A DNA stretch of 64,000 bases, from positions 116,331 to 180,330 of the forward strand of contig ADNK01002596.1 in the NCBI GenBank assembly GCA_000320545.1. The letters run 5' to 3'. Numbering within the stretch: position 1 is the stretch's first letter; each line of letters starts with the position of its first letter. This document shows, piece by piece, positions 39,070-52,450 of this stretch. Under the pieces are notes generated by a model, which made no database searches, was not told where the DNA came from, and saw only the letters and a program-made list of their open reading frames with translations. This stretch comes from Bigelowiella natans CCMP2755 (taxonomy: Eukaryota; Protista; Cercozoa). The translations under genes were made by a program, and so were the position numbers.

Positions 39070-39870
39070 TACTACTTTGCTACTGTATGATGTGGAAGAA
39101 CTGATCCATAGATTAGAACTTTGGAAGATATCGGTTTTAATGTTTGACTTACATCAAATATGCAGGCTATTTTTCATATATTTACCGTTTTCCGAAAGTC
39201 AACATGAGTTACTGAAAAAACTATGGAACCCGACCTCCGATTAGTGTTTAATCATCACACTGCAGTTCAATAATTTGTGAACGAGCGACGCCAAAAGCTG
39301 TACCAGGTTGGTAGCAAGAATTATTTGATAACATCAACGGATCTCTTCTAGTACTTGGCATTCCTTCGAATAGATTTGGTAATACAAAGCAGAAGTTTCT
39401 GCCCACAAGTTTTCTTGAAGATGTCTACACATTCATAGGGCCTGTGAAGACATTCATCCCCCAGACCATTAAGGATTCAGGTGGACCAACATAGTATGTT
39501 GTGCCCTAATAGATGTTTAAGCTTACCGCTCCATTGCACGCAGGATATCGCGTCTTTAGAAGGGAATCGGTGGAGGAGGTAGCCTAACCTCAGGAAAAAC
39601 TAAGAAAAATATTCTTAAAATACATGGTCTGAAAGTGTCATCCATTGATGCATCTGCTCATACTTCAGGTCGGACACTATGGAGGCAAAAGAATATGCCT
39701 GGAATGCAATGGTTTGCATAATAATTTCATCATCTAGTTTTCCAATTCCGTGCCAGTACACATCTGACTCTGCAAAATATATAACAACAGGTTCAGAATT
39801 TGCCTTTGTTCCTTTCTCCACCGTCAAATTTACTCGAGGGCAGCTCCAGGGGTTGTATGAATTTTAAGTA
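39070..39870 (-). CDS. Hypothetical compact gene with very short introns
   Basis: Joinable exons: FIQPLELPSK/SDVYWHGIGKLDDEIIMQ...TLSDH/ATSSTDSLLKTRYPACNGA/GTTYYVGPPESLM/TSSRKLVGRNFCFVLPNLFEGMP...SCYQPGTAFGVARSQIIEL. The start and end are unresolved and no domain is recognised. Confidence 0.45.
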
Positions 39871-39890
39871 TTGAAAACAAAATAGTATGC

Positions 39891-39929
<39 letters not shown>

Positions 39930-40095
39930 AGAGAAATAGAGAGAGAGAGCTGGAGTGCAACATTTACGTTCTGCGATGCCTTACAGAGAGAGAGCGAAGA
40001 GAGATTTACGTTCTGCGTTGCCTTACAGCTAGATTACAGTCTTCTAGTCGGTTGCGGTGAATTGTGTACTTTATTAATTTCTCGAATTAGAGATA

Positions 40096-40131
<36 letters not shown>

Positions 40132-40221
40132 ATGACGCTCACTGTTATTATTAATAAGTACGTTGAACTGTCCTCTCTTCTCGTCCTCATTTACACAGAT
40201 TTACGACAATCTAAGAATAAT

Positions 40222-41995
40222 ATGAGCATTGCGAGCGGTGGCTCCTTTGCCAATGTTGCCCCCGACGACGACGACGATATTGAAATCTTTCAGCCGGAAG
40301 GGGGGGTAAAGGGAGATCACAAAGAAAAGGGAGATAAGATACCAAAAATGAAAAATATAGAGAGAGGCTCGGCGCAAAGCAGCACACAGATAATCAAATC
40401 CAACATAACTTTCGCGGACGATCCTGCTGCTTTTGACGATGATGACAGTGACATAGTGGTGGGTATTTTGCATTTTGAAAATTTTAACAAATTGCACGAA
40501 GAAGGAAGGAAGAACACTGTTTTTTTGGAAAACAAGAATAGAAAACGAAATAGTATAAGCTCAATCCAAAACCATCTTTTCGATACACACTTTCCGAATA
40601 CTTACCATCCTTCTCATCAACATGGTAGATATTCCAACCTGGCAAGACAAATTCGACCAAGAATTCTCGCTTTGAGTTGGGACAGTCAATGGAGAACAAC
40701 GTCTCCAAAATATCAGGAGATCTCGTAGGAAACACTAGCGAGGTGTGCTGTTTCTGAAGAAGAGAGAGGGAGAGGAGGGAAATGATAAAAAGGAGAAGCG
40801 GACTCCATTGCATCTTGCTGAATATTAAACTTGTTCCTCTCTTTCTTTAGGAAGGAGAGCATTTGTTTATGACGACATGGTTTATTATTATACATATGTT
40901 TTACTCAGGAAGCCATTGAAACCCCAAAAGACACTGCTTTTAATGGTGGTGACGACGACGACGATGACGACATTGCCATATTCAATCCTGCAGATTCCTC
41001 AGTCAATAACTCTAGCAAAAGTCGACGAAGAGAGGGACTCTCAAATGATAACGACGATTTGGGGAGCGCTCATACTGATGTACGTATGTATGATGATAAG
41101 AGATATGGTCTTGTCTTCTAAGTTACAGTCTCCCCTCACAACTCGTTGAGAAATTTATTCTTCTGCTTGTTAATCCCCTTCTTAACCCCTCTTTCCTTCT
41201 CCCCCTCCTCCTCCTCTTCCTCTTCTCCATTGTTCGGCCAGATATCTGGAGAGATATATGAGTTAGAGCAGCATGGAGACGGTAGTTCTATTGACTCAAC
41301 AGGGGAGATCATGGTAATTATACAAATCTAATTAATTCGTTTATCTGCTGCAGCAGCTGTGAGATCGACGGGATGGATTTTACTATGAGACAACACATAC
41401 TAAATGAATAATAAATATACTTTGACAAGCAATGATTCAGAGCTGTGGAGATTCCATCGATGCTATCACTTACTGTTTATGTATGTGTGTGTGTGTGTGT
41501 GTGTGTGTTCGTTCCTAGGAGATGGATCCAGACGCAATAGAGAGTATGTATGATGTCTCCTATGGTGGTGTTGGTGGAGGAGAGGACTCGAAGGATTCTA
41601 AAGAAGTGCGTGATCACCACCCTACCACCTGTTATTTAATCATCATTCTTCTCTATCTTTCTGTGTATTATTTTTATTATTATCCCCTACTACGTCTGTT
41701 TGGATGCATGCATTCATACATATATCAACTATGCGATTGTATGAATCACTGATGCATGTTTTTGTAATATTGCTGATGGTGATATATGCACTCGTACTAA
41801 TTTTGTAGGACCAAGCGTCCGGCAGGAGACACGCTTTGTAATAGAATTTATTGCTGAGGAAGAAGAAGAAGAACACGACAACAAGAATATATGCTAACCT
41901 TTTACTTAGGATGATATGAGAGCCTAGATAAAATCATAGGACACACCAACACATTTCGTTAATAACATAAATTAAACTAATCTATACATATATAA

Positions 41996-42060
<65 letters not shown>

Positions 42061-43675
42061 CTGCGGATGTCTGAGAAATATACTTATTTTCCCGTAGCGT
42101 CTCCCAAGCAGATGTGCTAGCATGTGCAAAATCCATAAAGGAAAACATCCAGCAAATCGACGATTATCTGCATAAAGTATTAAAAAGATGCATGAATATT
42201 CCACGATGGCATTAAAATATTACCAACACAGAATTGTGCAAAATTATAGGACATATATCATTTGTAAATCAATTCGCTTAGAGTAAAAACATACATATAA
42301 AGTTTATATGTATCTACCAGGTCTTTAATCTGCAACCTGTGTGTCGGACATATTTGCATTGGAGGTGTGTGTGAGTGTGTGTGTGAGTGTGAGTGAGTGT
42401 GAGTGTGAGTGAGTGTGTGCGTGTGCGTGTGAGTGTGAGTGTGAGATAGTATGTGGTGATGACATTCATTTTTGCTTATTTGAGTTGTTCTGGAAGAAGT
42501 AAAGAAAGATGATATACACATCCTATGTATTCTTCATTTTGTTTGTGATGAAGTGAACTATCTGATGACTATGTATTCTTCATTTTGTGTGTGATGAAGT
42601 GAACTATCTGATGACTAATGTATTATTTGACGATGACTACGGCTACAGAAACCTTCTGCTACGAATTTGGCATGAAACCTTCGATTCGAATGGAAACTGC
42701 ACGACCAATATGTATGATTATTGCTATCTTATCTACAATGATAGTTTTTTTAATGCTGTTGACAATACACGTAGTACCAATGGTATGTTGTTGAACAAAT
42801 AGATGCTTTATTTATGTAATGGTATATTGTGAAAAGAAGTATTATTTATGTAGTGTTGGTGGTGGTGGTGGTGGTGGTGGTTTTTGTGAGACAAATTCTG
42901 AAAGGAAAAGAGGAGAAGAAGGAGGAGGAAGAGGTGGTGGTGGTGGTGGTGGTGGTGGTGGTGGTGGTGAAGGACGACGAGAAACATCTACTAGCTATCA
43001 CATTTATTCGCTGCCGTCCTCCTCCCTCCTCCTTCTCCTCCTCTTTATGATGAATTTACATTTAGATCCTACCTGCAAGAGCTCGAGGAAATAGCTATCG
43101 GTCTGGGAGAGGCACAAAGGTATGTCGGTCGTCGAGTGTACAAGATAGATAGATAGATAGATAGATGGTAGATATTTGTGGAATAAGAATAATAATAATG
43201 ATAATAATCGAGAATTAACAATATCATTATCATCATAAGATCAGCACCGCTTGCTGTTTTGGTGTAATTCGTTATCCTCCTCCTACCAAATCCTTGTCAT
43301 CGTTGGGGCGTGGAAGAGGAAGAAGAACCCCTAATACTGCTTTAAACGCTGCATATGTCGAATATTGTGTTGTTACCAGCAAATGGAGCGAAATTCTTAT
43401 CAATCTCATCAGAGAAAAATCTGGTAAGTGGTAGCTTCGTCAGAATTAATAGTAATACTGAGAAGAATTAATAGTAATACTGAGAAGTAGGAGAAGGAGA
43501 GAAAGAAGACGTAGAAGAAGAAGAAGAAGAAGAAGAAGAAGAAGAGACAGAAGAAGACAGATTGTGTTATGATACTTCAGACTACGTTACACATAAGATA
43601 CACTAATAATGATAATATAACAACAGCAATAATAATTTGCGATCATCCACATTTCTCGTCACTAACATCATAGTT

Positions 43676-43706
<31 letters not shown>

Positions 43707-44125
43707 CCACCACCTTCCAACACTTTATGAAAACAGCCCAAACAAGATCTGGAAACTCGGTTAAGAGAAAGGTGGACATACTAATTGTGTAAACAATCTT
43801 TTTCTCCCTCTTTTCTTCCTCTTCCTCCTCTTTCTTTACAAGATGCATTATTGAAATTCGTTTATCCAACTTCAAACTAAGTAGTATTTTATGTGTGGAA
43901 AATGATGATGATTTATCAGAGAGTGATAAGTGGCTTTTCACACGTGTCTCTCGATGATGACGCACATCCTGCAAAGGCAGAGTTGGCAAACCTGGAGCGC
44001 ATGTTATATGCTAATTTAAGAATCTGTGTCTCCAAAAGCGATGCAAGCGACGATCCCAACCTGCATAATGAAGACAACGAAGCTGGTTTTCTACTACTAC
44101 TTCTTCTTCATCTTCTTCTTCTTCT

Positions 44126-44157
<32 letters not shown>

Positions 44158-45454
44158 ACGTACTTGGTTGCGTGGTAGCCAGTAGTAAGTAACCGTGTTG
44201 ATGCTGTTCTTTTGTCAATCATCTTTTAATATATAGTGTATGGTGTGTGTGTCTACTCTTTACATCTTCAAATAGGCCTTTTCTGGTGGAGATTCTTCGG
44301 TGTACGAACACGAGAGGAGAAGTTGGAAGTGTTCTGCCGTGCCTTATCGTTGTATTTGAGGCATGAGTTCAACCAATTTATCGGATCTGATGAGACACTA
44401 ATACAGCTTGTAAAGCAAACAGTTGACACGGGGGTGGATACTGGGGTCAGTCAGTCAGTCAGTCAGACAGTACATAAATAAATAGGTTAAATATAATCAT
44501 CACGCACATGTTTTGCTCCTCTTACTAATTCTTTACTGAGACAAGTGAGATGAGCCAGAGAATTAAAGATTAACATTTTTATCATATGAATTTCAAACAC
44601 AGAGCGACCACAAGAAAGATGAGGGCAAGTCACACGACAATATTGTCTCCGATAATGAGTTTCGTGAATTTATTTCACGTTATGGCCCGCTCAAATCGTG
44701 CTTTAACAAGATGCGTGGTGTCTGCGTCGTCAAGGACACAAAAACAGGAAGAATCGAGGGTGCTGATTGGTTTTATCCCTACGATCGCCAGGAAACTGTG
44801 TGTCTACTCAAATTCGGTCTGGCTTCCTTCTTTTTACCAATTTTATAAAATAATAATAATAATATTAATAATAATAATAATAAGAAAAATGATAATTATT
44901 TTGAACACCTTCGATTAATTTGGCAGTTTCTTCGTTACTGTTAAAAGAAGAAGATGTAATAATAAACTGTTCATTGTTGATATTCCTAATTGTACAGGAA
45001 AACAGGGGCGAGCGTCAAGAGAGTGGGTTGCAAGGTTGGGATGGAGGCACAAGAATATGGCATTTGTCTTCAGGTGATGATGATGTTGACTATGGTGCTG
45101 CTGCTACTGTTGTGTTGTTCGTTGCCGGCATCAGCCCAGAACCACTTAGCTCAGATAATTGATCACAATATTATTTTCCTGCAAGTGGAGAAGAGAGATC
45201 AGCCATTAAATCCTAAATAAAAATACATTATTATTCTATGTTTCCTAATTTTATCTCCCAGTTACATGAACCACAAGGACACGGCACACACACCTGTTAC
45301 ACACGGATATAAACAAGAGAAGGAAAATCATTTGTACGAGTGCGAACTGCAATCGATCAAAGTTTCTGGAGTAACCATGCGCCATTTGATCCTCAACATC
45401 TGTGGCAATCAGGTAGTATCGTAGAGTATATTAAATAACATTTACACACATACA

Positions 45455-45494
<40 letters not shown>

Positions 45495-46474
45495 GAGGTG
45501 TCTTTATAAATTTCAATCAATCTCATATGCAACAATCTAGTAATTCTCACGTTATTCAATGAACGATCATGATGATTACAATGATGTACGACAGCGTTTC
45601 AAATATGAAAAGAGCAAAATCTTAACAATGATGGTGAATATGATATTAAAATAGGGAGAACGGACTCCTATATTTGGGGAGAACATGCGATTGGAGAAAA
45701 AAAAAGCGGAAGAAGAAGATAGGAAATGGAATAACTGGCTCTCTTCCCTGAAGAAGGCACATCAGCAACGGCGCAAAGTGCATGCTATCGCTGAGGGCTT
45801 TGAGGAGGTAGTAGTAGTAGGTGGTTACTAGAGCATGAGTGCGTAAGTATGAGTGAGTGAGTAGTGGTAGTGTCGTTGAAAATGCTGATAATTGATCGTA
45901 CCATTGTTGTGCGACGCTTTGTTGTTATTGTAGTTGCCTTCATGGTAATAAACATTAGCACATTATTTCCACCACGCATAATCATGTCAACCACATAGGA
46001 TCACCATAATCAGAACCGATTTCGTTGTCATCATCTTTATCATTATCGATCAACATCCAAGAGACACACCACCTTGACCACTACCACCATTACTACCACA
46101 GGTATTCGAGCTGAACACGTTCTTCGAGAAGCTACGAAGTCGTGGCAAGTCGCCCTTACTTCGAGAAAGCATGCTTGAAACAGTGGAAGGCCGCTCTCTT
46201 TTCAAATGGATGCAGATGACGTGTAATAACATCAACATCTCAGTCAAGGATCTCTATTCTTCCAGTCCTTCGACGCGACACAAGGCACTAGTGACATTAC
46301 AGCATTTGACAATGTCTGCAGGAGCTTCCTGCTCTACGCTTTCCGATAACGATCGCCACTTGCTTCAGGTTAGAAAAAGAAGAAGAAGAAGAGGAGAAAT
46401 ATGATCGACAAAAAAGAACAAAAAGCAGAAAGATAGATTGTATGTAGTTGCAGGCGCTGCAGTTCTAGTGATTC

Positions 46475-46521
<47 letters not shown>

Positions 46522-49500
46522 TGTGTGTGAGAAGGGGGGGGGGGGAGTAGAAGGACCAGATTAAACACAAATTATTATTATTACTATTGTTGTTGATGTT
46601 ATTGTTGTTGTTTCCTTTGCTTATCAGAAGCTGAATCCTTTCTCGCGTGAGGTATCATCGCGCGAGAAGGAACAACGGCAATTAATGGAGAGGAAAGGGA
46701 ACTTGAAGCACTATCAATGGGCATTCAATGATTATAAGCGAGAGGGCCAAACCGTGATCCACGAACTCGTCGATGCCGCCACCGTACTTTTGGGAACAAC
46801 GAAAAATGGGGGGGGGCCAATCAATGCACAGGCCATGCTTATCGATCACTTCCAAGTAATAATGATAAAATAATAATCATACTAATAATACTAGATGATT
46901 AACACCGACAATGAAATTTAATAGGATGGAAAATGCGTTACCTGCCTGCTACTTTATTAAACTTGTGTGTGTCTGTATCGATTCCATCAACATAGAATAA
47001 CAATAACTCATTACATATTTTATCATAACTTTTTTATCATAACTATTCACCTTTACCTTTTCCTCCACATACTTGCACATACACACTTACGAACACACAT
47101 ACAAACCTGTGTTTGTGCGCGCGAGTGTGTATCTTCCTGTCTATTCTCTACTTCGTGAACATTTACTCTTATTACCATTATCATCATCATCATCATCATC
47201 ATTTCGTTAACATTATATTGACTTCTTATTATTATCTTTTCGTGATGCATATATGATGATTCATAAAACGCAGAACGTGTTAGGATTGCTCAAATCACTG
47301 TCGATTGTGGGTGTAGCGATGCATATCACAAATGATGCCGGGGCCACGCCTATCGAGCGTGTTGTTTCATGGTTTGCAAATCATCGAGAAAAGAGCAAGT
47401 CTTCCCTCCCAATTATTAGCGTTCAGATGTTTCACTCGCTCTTCTTCACGGTGTATGAGCGCACAATCAGCGACTTTCAGTCTGTAGTTCCTTTGGCGGG
47501 AGAGACACACGCGCGCAAGCATAGCGGTATCCTCATTAAAGTTTTACGAGGAATTATTCCTCAAGGTGACATTGAGATCATTGAGCATCTGGTGAAAACC
47601 GATCGCCGACTGCGTCATATGCTACGATTCGAGACAAAAAGGGAAACAAACATCTTTTTGTCTCTCAGTATCAACCATGATAGTAGCCATGGATCTCCAG
47701 GGCTTGGAGAAGGAGCGATTTCAATGGGACATGGTGAGCAAGAAATGGTGTAGTCGTTGTTCATAATATTTATGATAATGATTCTTTCGGGTTGGTTGTT
47801 GGGCTACACCTCTTTACTCTTGGCTACTTGCTTTTTCTTACGGCATTCAATTTGCTGTTTTCTCCTTGTGTTAGTGCTGATCTCAATTCGCGTAATGTTT
47901 TCACTTCTTCTTCTTCTTCTTCTTCTTGGTGTGCTGCTGTAGGAAATGATGTGCAGTCCAGCGGTGCGGCTGGTGTGTCCTTTCTTCACTATCTGATCCA
48001 GCAAACAGCAAACCATAATCATATGGATACTCACTTTGATGCATATGGAAATGCACCTCGAATTGCGAAGCTTGTATTCTCAGAAATGCCTCCTGAGAGG
48101 AAGGGCCTTTATTGCTCACTGCCAGGGGGTGAACATGGCGACACTCCGATCCTCGCTGCAGCTCGAGCCAATCATCAACCAATGATGTATTTATTATGAT
48201 GCCACAAGTCTCTAACAATCCAACGAGTCACATGTGGATTTTGTGGATTTGTGTCTTTCCAATACAAATACTACCTCCTCTAATGATACACGAATATTAA
48301 CTTCCTTTATTACTTGCTGCGTTTGACTTCTTTACATACGTCATGAAATTTGTGTGGTGATAAGAGATTTCTTCTTCTTCTTCTTCTTCTTCTTCTTCTT
48401 CTTCATAGGAAATTTCTGCTGCACGTTGGTACCCGGCTGCGTCGTGACTTCATGGAATTCCGGCGGCACAATGATGCTGCTATTAAGGATGGTGGTGGTG
48501 GTGGAAAAAAGAATAGGTGGGGGGTGTTACAACATGTATAATATCCTTATTTATTGTCATTCATCCTTTTAACGGTGAAAAGTGCCTTCGGTTGCAATAC
48601 TCTCCACCACATTGTCGTTGTCTTAATCGCCATCATCATCATCATCATCATTATTTGCTATTACCACTACTACTACTTACTGCCATCGCTGTTGGTGGTG
48701 GTGGTAGTGCATAACCCACCACCACCATCATGGTATCGTCGTCATCATCGTCGTCGTTAACTCTTCTTCTTCTGTTGTTGATATCAAATCTACCATTAAG
48801 TTCTCCACACGGAGGAGGAGGCGGCGGAGGCGGCGGAGGGGGGGTGCTAGGGGCCCTCGGTATAGGGTCTCCAGGAAGAATGAGTTCAGGGGGGAAATCG
48901 CCTGAGTCAATGCTGCAACGCAATAGCTCACAGCTCTCTTTAAAGATGATACGATCTATGTCGCTTGTATTTCAGAAGAATGATCATGATATCATAGGCA
49001 CTCCTATCTGCGAGATGGCCGACCGGTAGAATTTCTCCTAAAATCATTTTATTGATGATTCACAATGATAGTAAGAGTGGAACGAGGAAGTAGCACTGGT
49101 GTCAGGAAAAATACTGATAAATGGATGATAATGGCGATCTTAACATTTGAACTCGCCACGTCGTTGTTGTCATCTTTTGTTTGTGCATTATTTTGTAAAT
49201 TTCTTTTTCTTACAATAAATAGATACGGCAACTGTTTACTGCACTTCTTGGCAGCAAGTTCAAAGATATCACTTCGTGAAGTCTCTACAATTCTATCGGC
49301 CTTAGATAGTGCAGGTGGATTGATATCTGCTGTAATTGCTGCTGCTACTGCTGCTGCTGAACGTGAAAGACCTCATTCATTGCTAGGGTGTTATAGCAGT
49401 AGAGAACTTCTGCTTTCAATTGTTATTATATTGGTGCTTAATACTAGGTGTTTTGCAACATCATATATTTCATGTAGCCTTGTCTCTGTCTTGATTCTAT

Positions 49501-49842
49501 TCGATGTGTTTGCTAGGGGAAGCAACCGCTGCGATGGTTGACCGCATGAATGCAAAGGGGGAGACACCTTTGTCTATCTTACTCTCTAGATATAAAGCCA
49601 TACAGTCTACGGCTTCGAACTCACAGACAATGCAAATGTCAAACGTGCAATCTATTGAGCTTGCCAATGTAACGCTGCTTCTGCTTGCAAGAGGTGCCCG
49701 AACACAAGGATTGCGCCATGATGAAATGGAAATCCTAGGTGAAATTGCAGGCTTGGCGATGCAACGGTGAGTAGGGAAATAGTAGCCCTCTTTGTGTGAT
49801 GTCGTACAAGTGTGTGTGTGTGTGTGTGCGTGTGAAAGAGAG

Positions 49843-49900
<58 letters not shown>

Positions 49901-50767
49901 TTCGAAGAGATAGAGATGTGGCATTTACGAATTACAAGTGTAACAGAAAGTGACAACATGGTTGTTATCGGCGATTGAGCAGGTGCGTGAACTATCGTTG
50001 GACCATTCTCCGCAACGCAGTGCAGTATGGCGACGACAGGCTGGTGGAACTGATACTATCGTCAAAAAGTATTCGCACATTTCCTTTCCTAAAGCATCCA
50101 CGCTTTGAGAAGCGCAAGACCAGACTTCAAAAAAGGAGGAAAGAGCATGCGCGTCGTCTTCTCCGCCAAATAACGGCGAAGCGGTACACCGCTCATTGCA
50201 TAAAACTAGTTTTTTCTTATTTTCAAATTTGACAATAACAGTCTATCCTAAAGTACATTCCTCAAAGAACTTACCTCCTCGTTCAACCTCCTTGGCCTTC
50301 CTTTCACTACCGCAATCATCTTAGATTTTCAACTATTATACAAGCGAAATCGCCGATGGGGATTGGAAGCCACCGTCCTACGACAACATTTGCGGGAGCT
50401 GAAGGGGGGAGACCAAAGATGGCATGGCCTAGTCGAAAAGGAGGAGGAGGGGGGGGGGGGGGGGGGACAGGGACGGGGACCGGGGCAGGACAAATTGGAT
50501 TGAACAGTTTACAACGATTCAATTTACAACGATTCAATTCTGACTTATTTGATCTCAATGAAAGAGGAATGAATTCGCAAAAAGCGTTAAACCTAACGCG
50601 AAGCCCATTTTTCGAGGGCATATCCGATCATACGTTAATACATGTCGCGACGTCTAGTCCACATTCTAACGCCAAGATTGTAGAGATGCTGTTTAGGCAG
50701 GATCAGGTAAAACTTAAAAACAGTCGTAGTAGTGTTGTACTTTTCTTTTGATGAAATGTATGACATT

Positions 50768-50804
<37 letters not shown>

Positions 50805-52416
50805 ACTTTCTCACTCACTCTGTTGCTGACGTCCTCCTCGCCTTACACTACTTAGGTTATTGCCGATCGCAAATTCCGTGGGCGTTTGAAAGAGCTTGTA
50901 GTGACGCCAGATGACCTTAACCGGCAGCTTCAAGCGGTGAATGCGGGCGCCTTTCATGCCAAGAAATCGTCATCACGCAAGGACAAGTCTACATTAACGC
51001 ACATCATGCTCGGAAACCACCATCATTATCACCAACCATCGCGTATCCAATCCTCACAAATGGACGAGCGAAACTTACTACGCCTTGGGTAATCAGACAT
51101 TTGCCCTCCGTTTTCAGTTGTGTGTGTGAGAGAGAGAGAGAGAGAGAGTAATTCGTGTGTATATACCTCCAAATTCATAGCTGTATTCATAAAGAAATAC
51201 TATCGTTATGTTTCTTGTTTTTTTGATTGATTAAATTGATACTAACAGGTTGAACTTAGCTGATGATGGCGAGAAGAATCCCCTGCATTACATTGCATCA
51301 AAGCAAAACACCCAGACACGCAATATTGCTAAACTTTTAGTCGAGAATAGTGTGAATATAGTACATATGGACGCCGAGGGCCTCACACCTCTGCACGTGG
51401 CGGCTAAGGCTAATCAGCTCGAAATTGTGGACTTGATGGTCAGCACGCACATGCATCTCGACATCAAGACAGGCCGTGTACAGGACGACTACGCTCTGTA
51501 AGAATAAGAAGGAGAAGAAGAAGAAGAAGAAGAAGAAAACAATGTTGTTAAATATAAACCAGCAGTGAATATGTATTACTGTAGTATTTGTCACATCATA
51601 TTATTCTCACTTATATATAGATACGCGAACGCCATGAAGCAGCTTGAGGGTTCTTCATCTCGTGTCAATGCAAAACACGACCGTACAGCTTTGTTCTTTG
51701 CTGTTGAGCAAGGAAACTGGCAGATCTGCTCACTTCTATTAGCTAGAAAAGCTCAAGTAGATGAATTCGACTCTCAGGGAAAGACCGCGCTTACTGTTGC
51801 CTTCCAGTGTCGCCATGGACGCCTAACTGATGATAAACTGTACGTGCAGCACTGTAGAAGAGAATGTGTGTAGTATTTGAATTTAGTAGTATTTGGTGTC
51901 CTTTTGGATAAGAATGCTTCGATTAGATTATAAGTTGTTTTTGGGGTTTGAGAATGATAGTTTACCCCTCCCTCTTCATCATTATCGAAAGGTACGTTGA
52001 CATTGTGGAGACGCTAGAAGTGTGGCGTGAACTAGTAGGCGACGTTCAGAGGCTTACGATGCATCAGAAGAGGACTATGGTAAAAAAATGCGAATATTGG
52101 CTTCGCATTAAGCAGCGTAATGAGCGCGAGTTCTCTGTTGCGGACCCTCTCGACAAATCCAGGCATATCATCGCCACCATTCAGCAGGTAGTACAATTTT
52201 TTGTAATTCAATTTTTGAATTATAGCATATGTGTGAGTGTGCACATAAGAGTGTGTCTGTTTGTGTGTGATTTGTTGCACAGGCTAGATATGTGTGCATA
52301 TAGTTACTTCTTTACCATGTCTTCTCGTTGTTTGAATTTCATAGAGAGATGACCACAAAATAAGGATAGCAGCACTCCTCAAGCCAAATGCTACGATCTA
52401 TCTCATATTCACAACC

Positions 52417-52450
<34 letters not shown>

